64,000 nucleotides of DNA from an uncultured Dehalococcoidales bacterium (GTDB lineage Bacteria; Chloroflexota; Dehalococcoidia; GIF9; AB-539-J10). This document shows, piece after piece, positions 56,636 through 64,000 of this stretch. Within the stretch, counting starts at the first letter, position 1. Each line of letters begins with the position of its first letter. The position numbers and the translations under genes were made by a program. The notes beneath the pieces are model-generated. The model made no database searches. It saw only the letters and a list, made by a program, of their open reading frames with translations, and was not told the origin of the DNA. Where the stretch lies: the NCBI GenBank assembly GCA_964586515.1, contig CAZPGJ010000004.1, positions 85,701 through 149,700 of the forward strand. The letters are read 5' to 3'.

Positions 56636-58153
56636 ATGGAAAAGGTCATCATTTTCGACACTACCTTACGAGATGGTGAGCAAGCTGCGGGAGCGAGTTT
56701 GAACCTCCAGGAGAAGCTGGAAATAGCCAGACAGTTGGATAAACTTGGCGTTGATGTCATTGAAGCTGGCTTTCCTGCTAGCTCGGTTGGTGATTTTGAA
56801 GCTGTCCGTCTTATTGCTCAGGAGCTTAAGCGTCCCACAATTTGTGCTCTGAGCCTTGCTAATATTGAAGCCGTAGACAGGGCCTGGGAGGCGGTTAAAG
56901 AAGCCGAGCATCCCCGAATTCACGTTTTCCTTTCCGCTTCCGATATTCACCTTGCTCACCAGCTTAAGAAAAGTCGGGATGAAATTCTAAAGATGTCTCG
57001 GGAAACAGTGGCTCGAGCCAAGAGTTATTTAGACGACGTTGAATTCTCACCGATGGATGCCAGTCGTGCTGACCCTGCTTACATCTACCAGATTCTGGAG
57101 GCAGTGATCAGCGCTGGAGCAACCACGGTTAATATCCCCGATACTGTGGGCTATGCTACTCCCCAGGAATTTGGCGGCTTAATCCAGGGCATAGTGGACA
57201 ACGTGCCTAACATCGACAAAGCTGTGGTCAGTGTGCATTGTCATGATGATCTGGGGTTGGCTGTGGCTAATAGTCTCGAGGCAATAAGGGTAGGTGCGCG
57301 GCAGGTTGAATGCACTATTAATGGCATTGGTGAGAGAGCCGGCAACGCTTCTCTAGAGGAGATTGTCATGGCTCTAAAAACTCGCCAGGATTTCTTCAAC
57401 CTCACCACCGATATTGATACGACTCAAATTTACCGGACAAGTCGTCTGGTTAGTGAGCTGACTGGTTTTCCCGTCCAGCCTAACAAAGCTATCATTGGGG
57501 CAAATGCCTTCCGCCATCAGTCAGGTATCCATCAGGATGGCGTGCTCAAAAAGTCTATCACTTATGAAATTATGGACCCCAAATCGGTGGGCATCCCCTC
57601 AAGTACCTTGGTGCTGAGTAAGGTGAGTGGTAGGCATGCCTTCAAGGAAAGACTATCCGAGCTTGGCTACACTTTAAGCGAAGAAGATTTAAACCGTGCT
57701 TTTCAGGGCTTCAAGGCGTTAGCGGATAAGAAAAAGGAAATAACAGACAGGGATATTGAATCTCTAATAGCCGAGGAACTGCGCACTATTACCGAAGTGT
57801 ACCATCTTGACCATGTTGAAGTTTCCTGCGGTGACCATAGTATCCCGACGGCAACGGTTAGGCTTATCGGTCCGGGAGGGCAGAGTTTGGCTGATGCTGC
57901 TTTGGGTACAGGTCCTGTGGATGCTGTATATAAAGCTATCAACCGCATAGTTGGGATACCTAATAAACTCACGGAGTTCACTGTTAAATCGGTTACCGAG
58001 GGGATTGATGCCATTGGAGAAGTTTTGATACGAATAGAGAGTGAGGGTGTAACCTATACCGGGCGTGGTGCTGCCACTGATGTCATTGTTGCCAGTGCCA
58101 AGGCCTACATGAATGCCCTAAATCGTTTGTTGGCGTCAAAAAAGCGGGGATAG
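56636..58153 (+). CDS. leuA: 2-isopropylmalate synthase (or citramalate synthase)
   Basis: [19 protein letters not shown]-terminal LeuA-dimer domain; AGGAGA RBS. Confidence 0.85.
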   Translation: MEKVIIFDTTLRDGEQAAGASLNLQEKLEIARQLDKLGVDVIEAGFPASSVGDFEAVRLIAQELKRPTICALSLANIEAVDRAWEAVKEAEHPRIHVFLSASDIHLAHQLKKSRDEILKMSRETVARAKSYLDDVEFSPMDASRADPAYIYQILEAVISAGATTVNIPDTVGYATPQEFGGLIQGIVDNVPNIDKAVVSVHCHDDLGLAVANSLEAIRVGARQVECTINGIGERAGNASLEEIVMALKTRQDFFNLTTDIDTTQIYRTSRLVSELTGFPVQPNKAIIGANAFRHQSGIHQDGVLKKSITYEIMDPKSVGIPSSTLVLSKVSGRHAFKERLSELGYTLSEEDLNRAFQGFKALADKKKEITDRDIESLIAEELRTITEVYHLDHVEVSCGDHSIPTATVRLIGPGGQSLADAALGTGPVDAVYKAINRIVGIPNKLTEFTVKSVTEGIDAIGEVLIRIESEGVTYTGRGAATDVIVASAKAYMNALNRLLASKKRG

Positions 58154-58218
58154 TAGTGTCGGAGGCAAAAACTTTTGAATTTAGAAATTAAGCCCTCTGA
58201 GATATTCTGAATGCGGAG

Positions 58219-58635
58219 GTGATAAATTTGAGTCCTTGGCTAGAAATGATATCAAGGTTTTTATTGGCTGTTGCCTTGGGGGCGGGCATTGGTTATCAGA
58301 GGGAGCGGGCAGGCAAGGCAGCGGGATTACGCACGCATACATTAGTTAGCTCCGGAGCAGCTCTCTTTACCTTGGTGTCTATATATGGGTTTGCTAGTTC
58401 TGCAGTGGACATCTCCCGAGTTGCTGCTGGAGTGGTAGTCGGGGTTGGTTTCATAGGCGCCGGCGTTATCTTCCGTGGCCTGCGTGGTGAAGGAGTAGCC
58501 GGGCTAACCACTGCCACTACCATCTGGATAACCGCCGCCATAGGTCTAGCTGCGGGGACAGGAATGTATTTGATCTCCATTATAGCAGCTGCGGTCACCG
58601 TGGGTGTTTTGTTTCTTCCCAAGGTTCGTGGCTAA
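58219..58635 (+). CDS. MgtC/SapB-family membrane protein
   Basis: 138 aa; LAVALGAGIGYQRE signature. Confidence 0.8.
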   Translation: MINLSPWLEMISRFLLAVALGAGIGYQRERAGKAAGLRTHTLVSSGAALFTLVSIYGFASSAVDISRVAAGVVVGVGFIGAGVIFRGLRGEGVAGLTTATTIWITAAIGLAAGTGMYLISIIAAAVTVGVLFLPKVRG

Positions 58636-58639
58636 GAAG

Positions 58640-58675
58640 GTCATTGCGAGCAGAGTGAAGTAATCTCAATGAGAA
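58640..58675. repeat. GTCATTGCGAGCAGAGTGAAGTAATCTC repeat unit
   Basis: Same family as 7120, 44598 and 55617. Confidence 0.6.
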
Positions 58676-58723
58676 CCTTAGTTTAAGAATTTTAACAACC
58701 CTCCTGGCAAAGGGGCATTTGTC

Positions 58724-59839
58724 ATGCTCAAAATTTTGCATACCGCTGATATTCACCTCGGGGCGAAGTTCTCGGGTCTGGGAAATAAGGGTGCCTCTCA
58801 ACGTGAGCAGCTGAGAGCTACATTCAAGAATGTTGTTGCTACTGCTATAAATGAAAGGGTAAACATCGTTTTAATTGCCGGGGACCTGTTCGATGCCAAT
58901 CAGCAGCCGCAAGGAAATATAGATTTGGTAATAGAGCAATTTAATTTGCTTGGGTCAAATAATATTCCAGTCTGCCTTATCCCTGGCACGCATGATTCTT
59001 TTGATTCCTCGTCAATTTACAAAAAAGTCGACTTTGAAGGAAAATGCCCCAATCTAAAAAATTTTACTGATGAAAGTATATCCTGCAAAGAGTATCCCGG
59101 TCTTGATTTAACGGTATATGGGAAACCAAATCTAAGTAACAGGTCTTCCATAAGCCCACTGAAAGGGCTCAAACCTTCGACATCAAGTAAGTTTCATATT
59201 GCTATGGCTCATGGGTCATTCTATATTCCAGAAAAGATAGCGGAGGACGACCATGTCTTCAGGCTTGAGGAAGTTAAAGCCAGTGGCATGGATTATCTGG
59301 CGCTGGGGCACTGGCACCGAGTCTATAGTTGCTCAGAGAAGCCTCCAGCCTGGTATTCCGGCCCGCCGGAGTGGATACCTGACCAAACAGAGAGGGGTGG
59401 AGTGCTTTTGATTAGCCTTTCGGATTCAGGTGAGGTTAAGGTTGAACCCAAAAAACTTGGACTTCGTGACTATGATGAAGTAGAGATAGACATGAGTGAA
59501 ATACAAGACATGGCGAAGCTAAAAATGAGAATCTCTGACGGGGCAGACCGGAATCTGGTAAGAAAAGCGACTCTCAGGGGGCTTCGCGATGCCGAACTTA
59601 TAGTAAATCCTGAGGAATTGGAAAATGAATTGGGGGAGAAATTTTTCCATCTTAGTGTTACGGATAGATCCCATCCGAAGTCAGGAGAGGTCACAGAGGA
59701 TGAAGAGCGGTTGATTAGGAATAGGTTTATTAAGCTAATGGAAAGGCAAATTGAAGGCTCGGAAGGGGAAGAGAAAGACATTGCTGAAAATGCTCTTCAG
59801 TATGGCATAGCTCTTCTGGATGGGAAGGAAGTCTTATAA
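58724..59839 (+). CDS. SbcD/Mre11-family DNA repair exonuclease (YhaO-like)
   Basis: Calcineurin-like motifs ILHTADIHLG, GDLFD, GTHD, MAHG. Confidence 0.8.
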   Translation: MLKILHTADIHLGAKFSGLGNKGASQREQLRATFKNVVATAINERVNIVLIAGDLFDANQQPQGNIDLVIEQFNLLGSNNIPVCLIPGTHDSFDSSSIYKKVDFEGKCPNLKNFTDESISCKEYPGLDLTVYGKPNLSNRSSISPLKGLKPSTSSKFHIAMAHGSFYIPEKIAEDDHVFRLEEVKASGMDYLALGHWHRVYSCSEKPPAWYSGPPEWIPDQTERGGVLLISLSDSGEVKVEPKKLGLRDYDEVEIDMSEIQDMAKLKMRISDGADRNLVRKATLRGLRDAELIVNPEELENELGEKFFHLSVTDRSHPKSGEVTEDEERLIRNRFIKLMERQIEGSEGEEKDIAENALQYGIALLDGKEVL

Positions 59840-61983
59840 TGTGGTTGAAAAGGATTGAGCTCAAAAACTTCAAGAGACTTGTTGATTTTCGGACTCAGTT
59901 CAGCCCTGGGATAAATGTGGTCAAAGGTCCCCTAAATGAAATGGGGAAGTCCACTTTGCTTGATGGTATCGTTGTTGCCCTTTTCCATAATCCTAGAAGC
60001 ACTGCGAAGGAGCTTAAAGATTATGTTTCCTGGGGCTCAACCAGGCAGTTTCGAACCAGTCTTGAGTTTGAGGATAAAGGGAACAGATATTTGCTGGAGA
60101 AGGATTTTGACAAAGGAACCGTCAGGCTTATTGATGATAATACGCGAGAAGAGCTTGATACTTTCAAAGAAATTTCAGAGAAAATGGCTGAGCTACTAGG
60201 AACCAATTCTGACAGGCTCTTCTTATGTTCCTCTTGTATTCGTCAAGCCCAGGTAAGTGAAATTTCATCAGGCAAGAAGGAAATTAACGAGAGCTTGGAG
60301 GAGATTGTGAGTGGGGGTAAAGAAAGCACCCTTGCCTCGCAAGTGATACAGAAGCTAGATGATAAAATCTCTGAGATGAGAAAGGGATTGGACAGGCCAG
60401 CGAAAATAAAAGGCAGCTTGGCATCGCTGAGAGATCAACGAGGTGAGTATTTGCGAAAATGCGACGAGGTTAGGAGCGAGGTTTCAAGAGTTGAGACTCA
60501 AAAAATCGAGCTAGTGGAGGTGAACAAGCAGCTGGCTCAGGTAGAAGAGCAATATGAAAATGCCAAGGCTTTATTGGAGAAAAATAGACAGCGTAAAGAA
60601 ATCGAGGCATCTATAGAAAGGTTGACCAGAGATTATAATAGCGTGGAAGAACTACTTAGTAGGATAAAGAACCAGGAGGAAGACTTTAGGAAAGCGGATG
60701 AAGCACTTATGGGTATCGAAGACTTGAAGGATAAGCAACGGGTTTCGGAATTTAGAAAGGGGTTGGATGCAGTCCAGAATAGGCGTGGGGACATCGAGAA
60801 AGACCTAGCTCAACGAGAGAAGGAACTGGCTGGAGCGAAGGAAAAATTGGATAGAAGGAAATCTGTTAGATTTCTCGGTTCAGGGAAAGGCATAGCTACT
60901 TCGATAATAATATTGACGGGAGGGATAATTGGAGCCCTGGTTGGCCCCTTTTACCTCTTGGGGTTGATAATCCTGGGTGTGGTTCTTCTTGCTGTAACTA
61001 TGTGGGCGAGAACTGCCCTCATTCGAGACAAGACTAATATTTCGGGCATTGCAGAGCGTATTCAAAAGATGAAAGTGTCTCTCGGTGAGCTTGGTCAGGA
61101 AGAGCAAGAATTGCTGGCTAAGTCTAAATGTAACACAGTTGCCGAGTTTAATGAGAAAGAAAGAGATTTTTATTATTGGCGCGAGATGAAAGAAAAGGCA
61201 GGAAACCGCTTAGAGGGGATGTTAGGTGGTAAGACAATTCAGGATGCTGAGAGGCAGAAGACTGACGTAGCTAGGAAGTTGGCGGTTGAGGGGGCGAAGC
61301 TTACTGACGATTTAAGAGAAACACGCCTGAGCCCGGAAGAATACATCGAACTAGAAAGGAAGGTTCGGAGCTTAGAGGCCAAGCAAGCTGAGCTTGAGAA
61401 GCAAAAAAGGCGCTGCGAAGTAATCATCGAGCAGGCAAGATTTAATATAGAAGACCAAGTTAGACTCGAAGAGGAACTGGAAGGACTTCAGGAAGCTTTG
61501 AAACATGAAGAGAAAAAGGTGAAGATTTATGGATTAGCTAGGGAGTTTATCTCTAAGGCAAGAACTGAGGTTCTTTCGTCAACTGAGGAAACTTTGGAAA
61601 AAGAAATTCAGAGATATCTGGCTGTCTTTACCAATGGTAAATATAAGCAAGTAAAAGTTAACAAGGAAGCCTTGGAGTTCCGGGTGTATTCGACTGAGAA
61701 AGGGGATTGGGCTAAGCCCGAGGAATTAAGCGGGGGGGTAATTGATGAGTTCTATCTAGCATTTCGGCTCGCCTTCGCAAGGTTGATATTTGGCGATAAG
61801 AAGCCGCCTTTGATACTGGATGACCCTTTTGTTAATTTTGACTCCGTCCGTCTGGCTAACACCCAAAACTTTTTCAAAACACTGGCCTCGGATTATCAAA
61901 TCATCATATTCACGCTGAGTGATTTATACGATAAGGTAGCCGATAATATCATTTTGTTAAGTGAGGAAGAGAGGCTTTTGTGA
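59839..61983 (+). CDS. SbcC/Rad50-like AAA ATPase with central transmembrane segment (YhaN-like)
   Basis: N-terminal Walker A GPLNEMGKSTLL, long coiled coil, internal hydrophobic stretch IIILTGGIIGALVGPFYLLGLIILGVVLLAV, C-terminal signature/D-loop LILDDPF. Confidence 0.8.
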   Translation: MWLKRIELKNFKRLVDFRTQFSPGINVVKGPLNEMGKSTLLDGIVVALFHNPRSTAKELKDYVSWGSTRQFRTSLEFEDKGNRYLLEKDFDKGTVRLIDDNTREELDTFKEISEKMAELLGTNSDRLFLCSSCIRQAQVSEISSGKKEINESLEEIVSGGKESTLASQVIQKLDDKISEMRKGLDRPAKIKGSLASLRDQRGEYLRKCDEVRSEVSRVETQKIELVEVNKQLAQVEEQYENAKALLEKNRQRKEIEASIERLTRDYNSVEELLSRIKNQEEDFRKADEALMGIEDLKDKQRVSEFRKGLDAVQNRRGDIEKDLAQREKELAGAKEKLDRRKSVRFLGSGKGIATSIIILTGGIIGALVGPFYLLGLIILGVVLLAVTMWARTALIRDKTNISGIAERIQKMKVSLGELGQEEQELLAKSKCNTVAEFNEKERDFYYWREMKEKAGNRLEGMLGGKTIQDAERQKTDVARKLAVEGAKLTDDLRETRLSPEEYIELERKVRSLEAKQAELEKQKRRCEVIIEQARFNIEDQVRLEEELEGLQEALKHEEKKVKIYGLAREFISKARTEVLSSTEETLEKEIQRYLAVFTNGKYKQVKVNKEALEFRVYSTEKGDWAKPEELSGGVIDEFYLAFRLAFARLIFGDKKPPLILDDPFVNFDSVRLANTQNFFKTLASDYQIIIFTLSDLYDKVADNIILLSEEERLL

Positions 61984-62111
61984 TGAACATGGCTGAAAAG
62001 ATTCTGGCAGCTCCTAGTTAGCAAGAAAAAGGATGAGGCAAAATGGGAAGGGTAAGCGAAAATTTAGTTTGCATAAACAACCAGTTAAGCGAAAGGCTGT
62101 CTTAAGCAGAT

Positions 62112-62720
62112 GTGGGCATTGTGAGTCTACGTGAAAGATTAATTGGAGTCTTCTATAGAGCGGCAACAGGCAGCCATAGGGCGCGAAATCTTCTTACCCC
62201 TGCGGGGATAGTCTTCTTTTTTGGCTTCATAGCGTTATTCATTTTTGCTGCTCTTCAAGTGGATAAATTCTTGAACTTCCCTAAACTCCTTCCTGCATCT
62301 TTGAATATTATTGTATCCGCGCCTATCCTTGCCATAGGGCTGTTCCTAATGATATGGTCAGTTCTGCACTTTGTCAGAGTAAAGGGAACGCCCGTGCCTT
62401 TCAACCCGCCACCTAAACTGGTTACCACTGGCTCTTATGCTCGTGTCAGAAACCCCATGGTTACAGGTGTGTTTGTCCTGTTGTTTGGACTCGGTGTTCT
62501 ACTTAGATCAATCTCCCTTGTTTCTATATTCACCCCGCTATTTATTCTGCTTAACGTGTGGGAATTAAAAGTAATTGAGGAGCGGGAACTAGAAAAGCGC
62601 CTTGGTAGAGACTATGTTGAATATAGGAAAAGGGTACCCATGTTTATTCCACGGTTGAAGGTGGGAACTAAGAAGTCAATAAATGAAAAGAGAGGCAAGC
62701 CGTCGCCCACCAGCAGATAA
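62112..62720 (+). CDS. isoprenylcysteine carboxyl methyltransferase (ICMT/PEMT) family membrane methyltransferase
   Basis: TTGSYARVRNPMV motif, multi-TM; GTG start. Confidence 0.7.
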   Translation: MGIVSLRERLIGVFYRAATGSHRARNLLTPAGIVFFFGFIALFIFAALQVDKFLNFPKLLPASLNIIVSAPILAIGLFLMIWSVLHFVRVKGTPVPFNPPPKLVTTGSYARVRNPMVTGVFVLLFGLGVLLRSISLVSIFTPLFILLNVWELKVIEERELEKRLGRDYVEYRKRVPMFIPRLKVGTKKSINEKRGKPSPTSR

Positions 62721-62736
62721 GGCGAGGTGATTAAAA

Positions 62737-63357
62737 ATGGGTTATATTTCACCGAAGTTAGCTGTAAGAAATATGAAGCAGACGATTCAATTCTACAGAG
62801 ATTACTTGGGATTTAAGATGGGGATGGCTTTTCCTGATGCTGACAATCTGGAGTATGCCGACCTATCTAAGGATGGGATGGTTCTTATGTTCATACCGGC
62901 CGAAAATGTGGGTATTGGCAGTAAACAAAAACTGGGCATCGGTGTGAATTTATATATGCAGATCAACGGGGATATTGAGGAATATTACAACCAATTGAAA
63001 AACAAAGGCGTTAGGATTGTAGTTGATATAAAAGACGAGCTGTTTGGCATCAGGAATTTTACGGTCGAGGATATTAACGGATATAAACTGACGTTTAACC
63101 AGGTCTCTAAGGCTGTTAAGAGCTGTATGAGCTGCGGCATGCCCATGACTAAGCCTGAAGATTTTGGCGGGGGGAACCCTGAGAACTTATACTGCGTATA
63201 TTGTTCGAACCCGGATGGCAACCTCAAGAGCTATAAAGAGGTGTTTGAGGGTATGGTCAACTTTATGATGATGTCTCAGAAGATGGACAGAAAAACTGCT
63301 GAGAGCGCAGCAAAAGAGCGTATGTTAAGGATGCTGGCTTGGAGCGGTAGGGCTTAG
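62737..63357 (+). CDS. VOC/glyoxalase-fold domain fused to a C-terminal putative zinc-ribbon domain
   Basis: N-terminal glyoxalase-like beta-alpha-beta; C-terminal CMSCGMP...CVYCSNPDGN. Confidence 0.6.
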   Translation: MGYISPKLAVRNMKQTIQFYRDYLGFKMGMAFPDADNLEYADLSKDGMVLMFIPAENVGIGSKQKLGIGVNLYMQINGDIEEYYNQLKNKGVRIVVDIKDELFGIRNFTVEDINGYKLTFNQVSKAVKSCMSCGMPMTKPEDFGGGNPENLYCVYCSNPDGNLKSYKEVFEGMVNFMMMSQKMDRKTAESAAKERMLRMLAWSGRA

Positions 63358-63592
63358 TTTATGCGTATTTGCCAGTGTATTTTGTTTCGGAGCTAGGAAC
63401 ACAACTTCCAAGTCACAACTCTCTTTTCTCTCCAATGGAAAAGTAAATAAGCTTGCCTGAGGGAAGCGAAGTTGACATAATCACTTAAGAAGCACATAAA
63501 TGCCCTCTTCTAGTCAAAGAAGGCAAAGCGAATATATAATTAAGAAACTTTAGAAGAAGAATATACTAAGGCTGAATTGTAGAGGAAATAGT

Positions 63593-64000
63593 ATGGAATT
63601 TGATGTAGCGGTTTTAGCCGGTGATGGAGTTGGTCCTGAGGTAATAACCCAGGCGCTGAAGGTTTTGCAAACTGTGGGTGAGAAATTCGGGCATAACTTC
63701 CACCTTCATGATGGTCTCATAGGTGGCGTTGCTATAGACACTCTGGGCACAGCTCTCAGCGATGAGACATTGAAGATGTGTAAACAGTGTGATGCGGTGC
63801 TGCTCGGCGCAGTGGGCGGCTCTAAATGGGATGACCCTCAAGCCAAAATCCACCCTGAGGATGGGCTTCTGGCTTTGCGCAAAGGGCTGGGACTGTTTGC
63901 TAATTTGCGCCCCGTGAAAGTTTTCCCTATGCTGGTGGATTCTGCTAATCTCAAGCCGGAGGTAGTTAAGGGAGTTGATTTAGTTGTGGTTAGAGAACTT
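63593..64000 (+). CDS. leuB: 3-isopropylmalate dehydrogenase (5' part, continues past window end)
   Basis: VAVLAGDGVGPEV, LLGAVGG, NLRP motifs. Confidence 0.85.
   Translation, partial: MEFDVAVLAGDGVGPEVITQALKVLQTVGEKFGHNFHLHDGLIGGVAIDTLGTALSDETLKMCKQCDAVLLGAVGGSKWDDPQAKIHPEDGLLALRKGLGLFANLRPVKVFPMLVDSANLKPEVVKGVDLVVVREL

Noticed and set aside
63614-63853. 79-aa - strand ORF
   Set aside because: It is antisense within the 5' end of leuB.
1-64000. tRNA/rRNA genes
   Set aside because: No GGTTCGAATCC-type T-arm and CCA-end combination or cloverleaf-like segments were recognised by eye in intergenic regions. A tRNAscan run would be needed to be certain.

Overview
This is a bacterial chromosomal segment of roughly 50% GC, with mostly conserved housekeeping genes. 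Core content includes purine synthesis (purH, purM, purF, purA), rpsO-pnp, dapB-asd-dapA, the nusA-ylxR-infB-rbfA cluster, ispH-plsC-cmk, leuA/leuB, pabA/pabC, and an inositol-lipid cluster (MIPS plus a CDP-alcohol phosphatidyltransferase). There is also a reductive C4 block: carboxyltransferases followed by fumarase alpha, HdrC-like, HdrB-like, SdhB and SdhA genes, then fumarase beta. The most notable region is an AT-rich island of about 6.3 kb at 8.3-14.65 kb. It carries a tightly packed three-gene operon: a Type III-like Res helicase-nuclease, an OLD-family ABC-ATPase/TOPRIM nuclease, and a beta-class Mod methyltransferase. This candidate composite defence system has an OLD/PARIS-like gene embedded inside a restriction-modification operon. 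The island's right edge carries a degenerate duplicate of the neighbouring hicB/hicA/rtcA gene ends. Upstream on the opposite strand sit a radical-SAM gene, a tandem Cas4-like PD-(D/E)xK/Fe-S nuclease and a DUF763-like gene. A second small islet at 50.25-53.3 kb contains ribbon-helix-helix proteins and a RelE/antitoxin pair flanked by a duplicated 3' end of an Nfo-like gene, with a second hicBA pair just downstream. Several repeat families (core GTCATTGCGAG...GAAGCAATCTC / AATGACAG, and AT-rich CTAAATCCTAA) are scattered in intergenic regions, and one copy lies inside the mod CDS. Unusual fusions are present: ALDH to Fe-ADH, nicotinamidase to nicotinate phosphoribosyltransferase next to Sir2, and VOC to a zinc ribbon. 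No tRNA, rRNA or CRISPR array was recognised.
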